NCBI GenBank assembly: GCA_038137235.1 | Contig: JAYQBI010000001.1 | Span: forward strand, 1-45,006 | Length of the DNA: 45,006 nucleotides | Direction of reading: 5' to 3' | Origin: Opitutales bacterium | GTDB taxonomy: Bacteria > Verrucomicrobiota > Verrucomicrobiia > Opitutales > Seribacteraceae | Part shown: positions 36,827 through 45,006 of the stretch, in pieces | Layout of the letters: each line of letters starts with the position of its first letter | How positions within the stretch are numbered: position 1 is the stretch's first letter | Translations under genes and position numbers: made by a program | Notes under the pieces: generated by a model | Told to the model about the DNA's origin: nothing | The model's database searches: none | Seen by the model: the letters and a program-made list of their open reading frames with translations, nothing else

Positions 36827-37759
36827 ATGAAAACCCTCCGAAAATTCTTTCATTCAAATACCATCCTGTCTTTTCTATCCGTGTCTCTGCTCACCCTGTG
36901 GACAGGTTGTTCCCCTGATTCCAACACCCAGTCAAAGGCAGCTGGCAGTCTCAGCCTGGACAGCGTAGTGATTGCCCTGAAAGCAAATAAAAACCCGGAG
37001 AGCATGCTCACCGAAAAGCAGGCACTGGAACTCTATCTTTCCACGAAACTGAAGCGAAAAGTAAAGGTAATCATCCCCACTGATTCTTCGATCGTGGTCG
37101 AATCCTTTCGAAATGGCACGCTCGACCTTGGCTACCTCAGCTCTACCGACGCTGCCCGTAACCTTGATCAAAACACGGCATCTGTCCTGCTCATTCACTT
37201 AAAAAATGGCAAACCGCATTACGACAGCGTCTGGCTTGGCCGTAAGGAAGGAAATTATCAATCCATTGAAGATTTGCGTGACAAACCCGTTGCCTTTGCC
37301 AGCCGGTCCAGCACTTCCGGTTTCCTCATTCCCTGTCTGGATCTTGCCGGGCGTGGTTTAGTCGGATCGGATACCTCGCTAAACGATTTCTTTTCTCAAA
37401 CCATTTATGGTACTGGCTACACCTCAGCAGTGGAAAAAGTGCTCAGTGGGGAGGTGGAAGCCGCAGCGGTTAGTGATTATGTATTCAAAGGGGACAATAA
37501 ATATCTTTCCGATGAACAGAAATCCCGCCTGCGCATCATTCAGCATCAGGGACCGGTTCCTTCCCACACCCTCTGCGTGCGCTCCACCCTCTCAGCAGAG
37601 GATCAGTCGATTATTAAAAGCGCCCTTTTGGAAATGAACGAAGAAAATCCATCCCTGCGTGATCAGGCATTTAACGGAGTTCTGGTGGAAGTAAACGCCA
37701 CGGAGCACCTTCGGGTAACCCGGGAAGCACTGGCCCTGCAGACCACGCTGAAGCAATAA
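36827..37759 (+). CDS. phnD: PhnD/PtxB-family ABC substrate-binding lipoprotein
   Basis: Lipobox WTGC, PHYDSV, VAFASRSSTSGFLIP; start moved to ATG 36827. Confidence 0.85.
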   Translation: MKTLRKFFHSNTILSFLSVSLLTLWTGCSPDSNTQSKAAGSLSLDSVVIALKANKNPESMLTEKQALELYLSTKLKRKVKVIIPTDSSIVVESFRNGTLDLGYLSSTDAARNLDQNTASVLLIHLKNGKPHYDSVWLGRKEGNYQSIEDLRDKPVAFASRSSTSGFLIPCLDLAGRGLVGSDTSLNDFFSQTIYGTGYTSAVEKVLSGEVEAAAVSDYVFKGDNKYLSDEQKSRLRIIQHQGPVPSHTLCVRSTLSAEDQSIIKSALLEMNEENPSLRDQAFNGVLVEVNATEHLRVTREALALQTTLKQ

Positions 37760-37802
37760 ATTTTGGAATAATTTGCCAACTGGCCAGATTACAAGAAAGT
37801 CC

Positions 37803-38486
37803 ATGACCGCCACCACTACTCAGCTCGACGCCAGTGGCATTGGTTTGCAGATGGATAATCGCTGGCTCTGGCGGGAGCTTGATCTTTGCGTTAGTGAACC
37901 CTGCTTTATTGCAGTCACCGGTTCATCCGGTGCTGGGAAGACTTCCCTGCTCCGCTGCCTGTCCGGCCAGCTAAGCCCCAGTGAAGGCACCATTACGCGT
38001 GGCCCGGTTACCACCGCGATGATTCATCAGGACCTTCAACTGGCAAACGGGGCCAGCTGCCTGATGAATGCCCTTGGCGGGTGCCTCGGCCGTCATTCCT
38101 TTCTCTCCACCCTTTTGTCTTTTCCCTCTGAGGAGCGGTCTGCCGCGAAGACTCTGCTCGGCCAATTTGGGCTAAGTGGAAAAGAAAACCAGTGGGCTTC
38201 CACGCTATCCCGGGGTGAGCGCCAACGCCTGGCAATCTGCCGTACCCTCCTAGCCAGACCCAGCATTCTTCTGGCAGATGAACCCGTGGCCAGCCTCGAT
38301 TCCCAATGGGGTGAACGGGTGCTGAAATTCCTCAAGGAAACCATCATTCAGGCCGGTGGTTTCCTGATCTGCTCACTCCATGATGAAAACCAGGTCAACC
38401 GCTTTGCCGATCAACGGCTCCATCTTGACTCCAATCTTCCCAATGGATGGTCCCTGCAGCCGATAGGAGGAGAAGTTCAGATATGA
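37803..38486 (+). CDS. phnC: PhnC-like ABC ATPase
   Basis: GSSGAGKTS, LSRGERQR, ADEPVASLD, SLH. Confidence 0.85.
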   Translation: MTATTTQLDASGIGLQMDNRWLWRELDLCVSEPCFIAVTGSSGAGKTSLLRCLSGQLSPSEGTITRGPVTTAMIHQDLQLANGASCLMNALGGCLGRHSFLSTLLSFPSEERSAAKTLLGQFGLSGKENQWASTLSRGERQRLAICRTLLARPSILLADEPVASLDSQWGERVLKFLKETIIQAGGFLICSLHDENQVNRFADQRLHLDSNLPNGWSLQPIGGEVQI

Positions 38487-39283
38487 CCTCGCGTCTCCCA
38501 TGGCACAGCCGTTTTGACCTGCTCGGGGTTACCTTTCTTCTTTTTCTTGCCGGTGCCCTGGGGTCCATTCCTGGCATTGAAGGGGCAGGCAGAGAGCTTG
38601 ATCATTGGGGAAATCTTTCCCGTTTTGCTTCCCAGTTTTTTCCGCCGGACTGGAGCATCCTCGACCGCACACTTGATGGCTTGGTCGAGACCTTGCGGAT
38701 TGCCATGGTCTCCACCTTCTGGGCAATCTTCATTTCCATATTTCTTTCCCTCGGGGCTGCCCGTAATGTATCTCCACCATGGATACTATGGCCCACCCGG
38801 ATGGTTTTAAATATCATCCGTACCATACCCAGTCTCTTGTGGGCATTGCTCGCCGTGGTGATCGTGGGGTCAAACTCCCTTGCCGGTGTCATCGCCCTTA
38901 CCTTTTACAGTGTTGGTTACCTGGCCAAATTTTTCAGTGAGGCCTTTGAATCTGCCGATCTTCAGGCTCAGCAGGCATTACGATCCCTTGGTGCCAGCCC
39001 CCTTCAAGCATTCCGTCATGGCCTTTGGCCGAATGCCCGTCCGGTCATCTGGAGCCATTGCCTGTGGATGCTTGAATACAATTTCAGGTCGGCCAGTATC
39101 ATTGGCTATGTTGGTGCCGGCGGGATCGGATTACACCTCAAGCTCTACGCTGAATCTGCCGACAGTTGGAATAAGTTCTCCCTTGTTTTACTCTGCATCC
39201 TCGTGATTGTGACCACCCTTGATTTTGCCGGAGAGAAAATCCGGCAATCCCTAAGGAATAAACTGGAAGGAAAAGCCGGTTAA
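38483..39283 (+). CDS. phnE: PhnE-like ABC permease
   Basis: FFPPDW, ETLRIA, RTIPSLLWAL, LEYNFRSASIIGYVGAGGIG; ATGA overlap with phnC. Confidence 0.9.
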   Translation: MTSRLPWHSRFDLLGVTFLLFLAGALGSIPGIEGAGRELDHWGNLSRFASQFFPPDWSILDRTLDGLVETLRIAMVSTFWAIFISIFLSLGAARNVSPPWILWPTRMVLNIIRTIPSLLWALLAVVIVGSNSLAGVIALTFYSVGYLAKFFSEAFESADLQAQQALRSLGASPLQAFRHGLWPNARPVIWSHCLWMLEYNFRSASIIGYVGAGGIGLHLKLYAESADSWNKFSLVLLCILVIVTTLDFAGEKIRQSLRNKLEGKAG

Positions 39284-39312
39284 AATTTATCTCCTCCCAA
39301 AAGCTGCCGGGT

Positions 39313-39834
39313 TTAATTGAGGTTTGAGTCCTTGTAGTCGTGCAGGAACTTATCCATCACCTCATCCACTGCATTAAGCAGGTATGACTTATCCCTGCCT
39401 GCATTTCCAAAAAGTCCGTAGTTCCCTTGTGCCATGGTAATCACCGGGCCGACTGCCTTGGGGTCAAACCCGTACGCCTGAGCCATCTTTTTAAGTGATA
39501 CCACCACACTGAATGATGTGCCCTTTGGAAGGATGACCAAGTCAACCTCAAGGAAGTGGCATGGTTGCGGGGAGCGGTCTGGCCGAATTCCTGAACTCAT
39601 CAATTTTTTCATCACCCGGTGCTGAACATCCTCGGTGGTTACCCCCGACCGGTTTTTGGGAATTTGAGAAACAATAGGTTCGAGGATCCGGTGGTCACCA
39701 TGAACCTCCAGCCCCCTGAACTTTCTCGCCTGCAATAATGCAGGCATCAAGCAACTTATCACCATAAGAACGAGCAATCCCCCACTCAAAGAAAGGGAAC
39801 CGCCTTTACCGTTATATTTATACGAATTTTTCAT
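39313..39834 (-). CDS. Hypothetical exported alpha/beta protein
   Basis: Signal-peptide-like segment ending LLQA; no family recognised. Confidence 0.6.
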   Translation of the reverse strand: MKNSYKYNGKGGSLSLSGGLLVLMVISCLMPALLQARKFRGLEVHGDHRILEPIVSQIPKNRSGVTTEDVQHRVMKKLMSSGIRPDRSPQPCHFLEVDLVILPKGTSFSVVVSLKKMAQAYGFDPKAVGPVITMAQGNYGLFGNAGRDKSYLLNAVDEVMDKFLHDYKDSNLN

Positions 39835-39952
39835 CTACTTTCTCCTCACATTGTGGCTGGCATGCACTTACCTGGGGTGGGCTTTGCTTCCATTTTTCTG
39901 AACCACAGGATGAAAACAAAACCGAACAAACAAACAATAGATATTTATGCAT
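39818..39952 (-). CDS. Small 44-aa lipoprotein, absent from the ORF track
   Basis: MHKYLLFVCSVLFSS-CGSEKWKQSPPQVSACQPQCEEKVDEKFV*; lipobox FSSC, and a good promoter directly upstream. Confidence 0.6.
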   Translation of the reverse strand: MHKYLLFVCSVLFSSCGSEKWKQSPPQVSACQPQCEEKVDEKFV

Positions 39953-39958
39953 ATTTAC

Positions 39959-39987
39959 ACTATATACACATTTATATATATTTTCAA
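39959..39987 (-). promoter_or_regulatory. sigma70-type promoter predicting a leaderless transcript
   Basis: TTGAAA-N17-TATAGT-gtaaat-ATG; palindrome TTCAAATTTGAA (39983-39994) overlaps the -35. Confidence 0.6.
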
Positions 39988-40011
39988 ATTTGAATTACAA
40001 AAAAGGGAGAA

Positions 40012-41289
40012 TTAGAAGGTATGACTGCCCAGAACAGTAAGCCCAAGATCCCATGCATTAAAGCGTGAGGATTCTCCCTGGAGTTCCTTGCCCTTTGCAT
40101 TCATCCACAGGGCAGACCACCCAGCACCAAGGTCCATACTCAGCCAGTCAAGCATCTGCCAGGTTAGCCCCAAGCCAGAATTTATCATCCAGTCCACCCT
40201 TCCCTCCTGTTCGTTCTTGAGGTACTGTGTCCTGGTTAATCCGATCCTTGGCATCAGCATAAATTTACCCTGTGCGTCCAGTAATTGAACCAGTGCAAAA
40301 CTGGCTCCCATTTGAAAATTATCACCATCATCCGCAAAGACTCCTGGTGCCTCAAACGGGAGCACACGTTCAGTCAGGGCATATTTCATTGAGGCATCGG
40401 TCATCAGGAGCGTCTGCTCACCGATTGCCATCATCTTGCTCAAACGCAGCGATGGTGCCCAGGCATCAAACATTTTATCCCCGCTGTCAGTGCTGTGAAG
40501 CAGGTTATACTCAAGTCCGGTGGAAATACTGTAATTGTTGGGAAGCTCAAAATTGATTCCTGCTTTGACCATCCCGAATCCATAACCGAGCAAATCTTTG
40601 ATCTCATCATTTTCATAGGTGGCGACCTGCATCATTAGATCAATCTTTGGCACCATGGTCACATAATTCCCCATGCTTATTCCCTTGGTTGCCATGCTCA
40701 CCCCAAGTGCATTCTCCAGGGCCATTGATTTTTTTTCATCGCTCTTTTGCCTCAGTGCATTGTTGGTGAAATAAGTACGGGCACTGGTAAAGGCACTCAA
40801 CTTCAACAAACTCTCGTCTTCGGGCTCATCAGTTCCTGGCACCTCCTGATCATAATCATAAGGCTCACGGACAAACCTGCGGTTTGCCATCGAGCCCAAC
40901 GCAATCACTCCCGGGGCTAACTCTTGAGGCAGGGGGCCAACCCAGCCTTCAATCGGTCTGCGCCTTGGTCGCTGCTTGGATGATTGGGAATCCTTGAAGT
41001 TAAGGTCATAAGGCTGGGATTGTAATTCGCTCTTCACCTCAACCAGTTCCCCGCCCACTTCGTCAGGATCTTCGAGTATATACTTTCGATCTTTTAGTGA
41101 ACCCAGGGCCACCACTCCCGGGGCGAGTTCCTGGGGGGTTGGACCCACCCATTTTCTAACCACCTCCACAATTTGCTGCTCTCCCAAGTTGGACCCGGAA
41201 CCCTCAAATTCCACTGGCTCAGAAAATTCAATCGCCCAGACCGCAGTGTACAGACACAGAAATCGAAATGAATGGCTTAAAAATTTCAA
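40012..41289 (-). CDS. Outer-membrane beta-barrel protein with a repeated N-terminal extension
   Basis: Signal peptide ending AVWA; about 260 aa of amphipathic strands starting SAFTSARTYFTNNA; C-terminal Phe (LTVLGSHTF). Confidence 0.75.
   Translation of the reverse strand: MKFLSHSFRFLCLYTAVWAIEFSEPVEFEGSGSNLGEQQIVEVVRKWVGPTPQELAPGVVALGSLKDRKYILEDPDEVGGELVEVKSELQSQPYDLNFKDSQSSKQRPRRRPIEGWVGPLPQELAPGVIALGSMANRRFVREPYDYDQEVPGTDEPEDESLLKLSAFTSARTYFTNNALRQKSDEKKSMALENALGVSMATKGISMGNYVTMVPKIDLMMQVATYENDEIKDLLGYGFGMVKAGINFELPNNYSISTGLEYNLLHSTDSGDKMFDAWAPSLRLSKMMAIGEQTLLMTDASMKYALTERVLPFEAPGVFADDGDNFQMGASFALVQLLDAQGKFMLMPRIGLTRTQYLKNEQEGRVDWMINSGLGLTWQMLDWLSMDLGAGWSALWMNAKGKELQGESSRFNAWDLGLTVLGSHTF
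40855..41151 (-). repeat. Two copies of an approx. 30-codon repeat in the barrel N-terminus
   Basis: WVGPTPQELAPGVVALGSLKDRKYILEDPD (41062-41151) and WVGPLPQELAPGVIALGSMANRRFVREPYD (40855-40944). Confidence 0.9.
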
Positions 41290-41313
41290 AGCGAGGGATT
41301 CTGGTTTGGAAAT

Positions 41314-43833
41314 TTAAGGCCGTGCAATTGTTCCGATTTCAATATTTTTACCATGCAAGTCAAAGGAAGGTCGATCGTTCATCAAATTACCACCTGACCT
41401 TACATTCTCAATGAAATTCACCCTTCCTATCTGCTGTGCGGCTGGGATTGAAGTTCCAAAATTTGGATATTTTCCATCAATCGCTCCGTATAAACTGTTC
41501 AGGCGCACTTGTGATGCCAATGGGAAATCCACATTTCTCAGGCGCATGGTGGTTGCCTCCATCAGGATTTGGGAAACATTCCTTTTAAAAATCAATCCAT
41601 CCACATCCAAATCCCGGCGGGCTTTTATAGTGGCGAGAAAATCTGCACCTATACTTACATCATTCAGGGAAACATCCCTCAGTCCACGCACTGCCACTTC
41701 CCGGGCAGCATCCAGGCTGACCTGACTTAGGAGCAAATTATTTCGGGCAGCCAATAACAGATCACTGGTCGCGGATTTAAAACTAACCCCTTGGTTTAGG
41801 GTTAGATCACCCGCGCTCATCGCCACCAACCTGGAATTGGTTGTTGTTGTAGGATTCCATTCTAAATCTTCTGGCAGGCTCAAGCTATGAGACGCAGAAA
41901 TTACTAAATCTCCTGGTTTATTCGAAAAATTATTGGCAAGAATCCTCGCATTCCCGGTGACAATTAAGTGGCGCCCCCCGATCACCTGACCACCTCCCTG
42001 AATCAACCCATCCAGTTGCAACTGCTCATACAGTGCGGATACTTCCGCATAGAATGGATTGCTCATCACTTCTGAAACATCCAATGTCTCAATCAACAAA
42101 TTCTCATCAATTTGATAATCCCGCATCAGGGAATCCGCCACCTCTCCAATGCGCAATAATTCATCCGTCCATTCTCCATTTGCCATTTCGCCAAGTTTTT
42201 CCATCACCTCCCCGTTCTCTGACTGCATCAGGCTTTCACTCAATGACTTTGCCCGCTCGTCAATGCCTGAAAACTGGCTGGGATTTGGAACACGGTTGGA
42301 TTTTGAAAAGTCCAGGTTCAACTTGGTTAGGGATTCTTCGAGCAGCACCTCCTCGATTCCCTGATCCAGCAAGGTTAGCATCACCTCATCTTCCAGTTCG
42401 AGGATAAGAAACCTCGTATTCCTGCGGTATTCAAAAAACGCATCCGCCCGCTCCGGGTTAAATCCATCCAGGGCAAGTAAGCGCCTTACCACCGCCCTGT
42501 CTTCCTTGAGTAATGCCGCCCTTGCCAATGGCGAAAGTTCATAAAACCTTAGCGTTTGCTCTTCCACCAGTCCAAACTGTGCAAGTGCTTTTGATTCCTT
42601 GCTTATTTTTCCTGTTTTCCGTGCCTGTGCAATCTCCGCATTGTTTTCAAGCACTGCATTTTCCAGGCTTACGCCACTTTCTGCAGAGGCATTCCTGGCA
42701 ACCCGTCCCGCTTTGATCGTTTCACTCCCCTGCTTAGGGGAATCTTTTGGTGCTGTCTGTTTTCCTGGCTTATTTTCATTATTCCCGAAACCTGAATCCT
42801 GCTGGGTATCACCACCGGATTGTTCGGTGTTCGAATTTTCCGGATTCTCAAAAGATTCAGAGCCCTGATTTTCCTGTGCTCCGGCATCTCCCTGTGAATC
42901 GGATCCGTCCTGTTCCCCGGACTGTGCATCCTCCTCAAATTCATTTGTGTCCTCTGCTTCACTCATCTCCTGTTCTTCAGCCTCTGCAGAGTCGGCCTCT
43001 TCTAATTCCGAATCGCTCTCCGCTTCGCTGGCATCCTCTTCTTCCGCACTTGGGGAGGAATTATCGGTTGTATCCGTTTCGTCTTCTACGGCTACCTGTT
43101 CCATGGCTGTGGACACCTGCTCGAGGGAAACATCCTGGGTTGCATCCGTCGCTGCCTGGTTGGACACTTCAATCTTTCGGGCAACTGTTGGATTGACCGG
43201 GCGCAGTGTGGGTGCCACTCCCGGTGGTGCACTTAGCCCACTTCCCTCACTTACCGCGATGGGTGGTCCGCCACCAGGTGGGGTAAATTCAACGGTTGAT
43301 TCGGTAACATCGAGTTGCACGCCCTGCCCCGGATTCGATGCCATTTGAAATTCGGTTCCCCGAATCCCTGCAAATCCAAGGGGTGAATTTATTTTCAAAG
43401 TGGATTCCTTGTTCAATTTCTTGGTCTTTAAAATCAATGAGCCAGTATCCAGATCCAAAATCACCTTTGATTTGCTTGGTTCTGTGGGCAGGTCGGATAT
43501 TTTCCCTCCCTTATCCTCAAACGGTTCCTGTTCAAATGTTGCCACCCGCATGCGGGTATTTTCCCCAATGGTCATCAGGGTACCATTGCTCAATAATCCG
43601 ATCACCTTTGCTCCCCTTCCAGTGATCAAGAAATGCTCCGGTGGTATGGGTTCGCCCGGGTTTACTTTTTTCGCTGGATTTCCGGAAGCATCCTGAAAGC
43701 TAATTTGCCCCTCTGCGGAAGCCAGAATCAACACCCCCTGCTTTGCCTCTGCCAGGGAGGTCTGTATACCAATTAGCAAAAGGCAGAACGCCCCAAAATA
43801 TACATGCCAGTTTATCTTCATCCGCTCACTCAC
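41314..43833 (-). CDS. Exported FecR-domain protein with acidic linker and C-terminal beta-helix-like region
   Basis: Signal peptide; FecR pattern ITG....LSNGT..IGENT, SPLGFAGIRGTEF, VTESTV; D/E/S-rich linker; repeats such as DLLLAARNNLLLSQVSLDAAREVAVRGLRDVSLNDVSI. Confidence 0.8.
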   Translation of the reverse strand: MSERMKINWHVYFGAFCLLLIGIQTSLAEAKQGVLILASAEGQISFQDASGNPAKKVNPGEPIPPEHFLITGRGAKVIGLLSNGTLMTIGENTRMRVATFEQEPFEDKGGKISDLPTEPSKSKVILDLDTGSLILKTKKLNKESTLKINSPLGFAGIRGTEFQMASNPGQGVQLDVTESTVEFTPPGGGPPIAVSEGSGLSAPPGVAPTLRPVNPTVARKIEVSNQAATDATQDVSLEQVSTAMEQVAVEDETDTTDNSSPSAEEEDASEAESDSELEEADSAEAEEQEMSEAEDTNEFEEDAQSGEQDGSDSQGDAGAQENQGSESFENPENSNTEQSGGDTQQDSGFGNNENKPGKQTAPKDSPKQGSETIKAGRVARNASAESGVSLENAVLENNAEIAQARKTGKISKESKALAQFGLVEEQTLRFYELSPLARAALLKEDRAVVRRLLALDGFNPERADAFFEYRRNTRFLILELEDEVMLTLLDQGIEEVLLEESLTKLNLDFSKSNRVPNPSQFSGIDERAKSLSESLMQSENGEVMEKLGEMANGEWTDELLRIGEVADSLMRDYQIDENLLIETLDVSEVMSNPFYAEVSALYEQLQLDGLIQGGGQVIGGRHLIVTGNARILANNFSNKPGDLVISASHSLSLPEDLEWNPTTTTNSRLVAMSAGDLTLNQGVSFKSATSDLLLAARNNLLLSQVSLDAAREVAVRGLRDVSLNDVSIGADFLATIKARRDLDVDGLIFKRNVSQILMEATTMRLRNVDFPLASQVRLNSLYGAIDGKYPNFGTSIPAAQQIGRVNFIENVRSGGNLMNDRPSFDLHGKNIEIGTIARP

Positions 43834-43836
43834 AAC

Positions 43837-45006
43837 TCATCGGGCCTCCTCCGTCTCGTCAATTGAGTATTCATCCAGTTTCACCCAGTTTTTATTACCA
43901 TAATCGTAGAGCAACCTGCTTTGCTCGTACTCGCCGAAGAAGTAAAACCAGTTCCTCATATCTGAAGAATAGAGGTATGGATAGACAGGTTCCTCCGTCC
44001 ACAACCACCCCAGTGAATCCTTCCATAACCACAGGCCACTTCCTGCACTCGGGCTTGGGTACAACCAACCAAACTCCAGGTGGAGTATCCATCCGCTATC
44101 CGATCGGTAATAGGTTCCAAACCATGGGCTTTCCCACCAACCTGGGGCATCGTCCAGCATGGTCGCATCCGTTAAGTAGTCATAATTTTCCCGGATTTCA
44201 AGGTCCACATATTCCTCCAGCCCATAGCTCTCACCCTCCTCATTTCTGGCATATGCCATGACATATAACCCGCCCTTTTTCCCGATCGGGTTGTACTGTC
44301 GTTCAAAGAAAATATCATCCGTGGATCTCACCACCACTTTTCGAACATTTTCGTCATCCGTTCTTACAATTGGCCGCTCGCTAATGTACACACCAGTTTG
44401 CTCGACTGGTCCACTGCTAATCATTTTTCCTCCCACCAATACGCGGCCGTTATCCAGTAATACCGGAATTTCCGTTTCCACCATCGGAACGGTCACATCC
44501 TTTACTTTCACCACGAAGGATTTCTCAACGCTCAGCCCATAACTATCCACTGCCACCACCCTAATCGAATGAGTGGTTGCATTTTCGTAATTAAACGAGG
44601 TTTTGCTCCACAATTCTCCGTCCTCGGTAAGCCCGAACAATTCGTTCCCTTCGTCTCCCTCTCCGTTTACCAGGAAGAAGAATATTTCATCCCCATCCGG
44701 ATCAATTGCCTGAAAATATCCGACCACCGAACCGATGGGTTCGTTTTCGGCAATTTCCACGGGCCCATATGAATTCAGGTTTGTCGGTGGGGAATTCTCG
44801 GACTCATAAACATCTGTTACCTGCACCGTGAAGTTTCCTTCAATTGAAGCGTTAAATTCGTCCATTGCCTGCACGCGAATGAGGTAGGTCGTGGCATTGG
44901 TTTCGTAATCGAAAATTACTGCCGTTCTTAGTGTGCCATTTGCATCGAGAGTGAATAAAGAATTATTATTATCTCCATTTACGAAGTGGTAGGTGACCAC
45001 CCCACC
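43837..45006 (-). CDS. Cadherin-repeat surface protein, 3' part (start lies beyond the window)
   Basis: Two cadherin repeats (FDYE..IRVQAMD; IAENEPIG..DPDGD..FNYE), an FN3-like domain (YVMAYARNEEGESYG) and a Trp-rich C-terminal domain; frame open to 45006. Confidence 0.88.
   Translation of the reverse strand, partial: GGVVTYHFVNGDNNNSLFTLDANGTLRTAVIFDYETNATTYLIRVQAMDEFNASIEGNFTVQVTDVYESENSPPTNLNSYGPVEIAENEPIGSVVGYFQAIDPDGDEIFFFLVNGEGDEGNELFGLTEDGELWSKTSFNYENATTHSIRVVAVDSYGLSVEKSFVVKVKDVTVPMVETEIPVLLDNGRVLVGGKMISSGPVEQTGVYISERPIVRTDDENVRKVVVRSTDDIFFERQYNPIGKKGGLYVMAYARNEEGESYGLEEYVDLEIRENYDYLTDATMLDDAPGWWESPWFGTYYRSDSGWILHLEFGWLYPSPSAGSGLWLWKDSLGWLWTEEPVYPYLYSSDMRNWFYFFGEYEQSRLLYDYGNKNWVKLDEYSIDETEEAR

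Noticed and set aside
39910-40000. AT-rich short repeats (ACAAA, ATATTTA) as a CRISPR array, origin or LexA site
   Set aside because: No repeat-spacer structure, no DnaA boxes and no TGTTC-N4-GAACA; explained by signal-peptide codons and a promoter
42947-43348. Ser-rich 133-aa plus-strand ORF
   Set aside because: Antisense shadow of the Glu/Asp-rich linker codons
41314-43833. Classical FecI-FecR-FecA iron signalling cassette
   Set aside because: No ECF sigma factor or TonB-dependent receptor nearby, and the protein has a cleavable signal rather than a cytoplasmic anti-sigma domain
43743-44261. Pro/His-rich 172-aa plus-strand ORF
   Set aside because: Antisense shadow of the Trp/Gly-rich domain (TGG reads as CCA)

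Overview
A gene-dense bacterial chromosomal window. The likely source is a marine Verrucomicrobiota (Opitutales) genome, inferred from the murC-murB fusion, the LysM gene between murD and ftsW, and a cadherin protein with a Trp-rich C-terminal domain. From left to right it holds: the 5' part of nusA with a leader terminator; leuB-alaS-SNF2 helicase-small outer-membrane barrel; a complete dcw cluster (mraZ-rsmH-ftsL-ftsI-murE-murF-mraY-murD-lysM-ftsW-murG-murC/B-ddl-ftsQ-ftsA-ftsZ); tlyA; trpA-miaA-nadK-pseudokinase-lipoprotein-PpiD-like; waaA; a phnDCE-like ABC transporter; and an accessory cadherin-FecR/beta-helix-beta-barrel unit. I saw no tRNA, rRNA, CRISPR or mobile element. Most notable observations: (1) mraY and mraZ each have a stop-free same-strand -1 frame over their full length, and a 49-codon ORF plus an anti-SD hairpin may relay translation from mraZ to rsmH; (2) FtsZ has a degenerate catalytic T7 loop; (3) a Fur-like box precedes the phosphonate-type transporter; (4) a membrane pseudokinase and the adjacent lipoprotein appear to share a periplasmic domain; (5) an exported FecR/beta-helix protein paired with a POTRA-less barrel resembles an undescribed two-partner export system; (6) an unlisted 44-aa lipoprotein appears to be made from a leaderless mRNA. 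All counts were made by eye and no searches were run.
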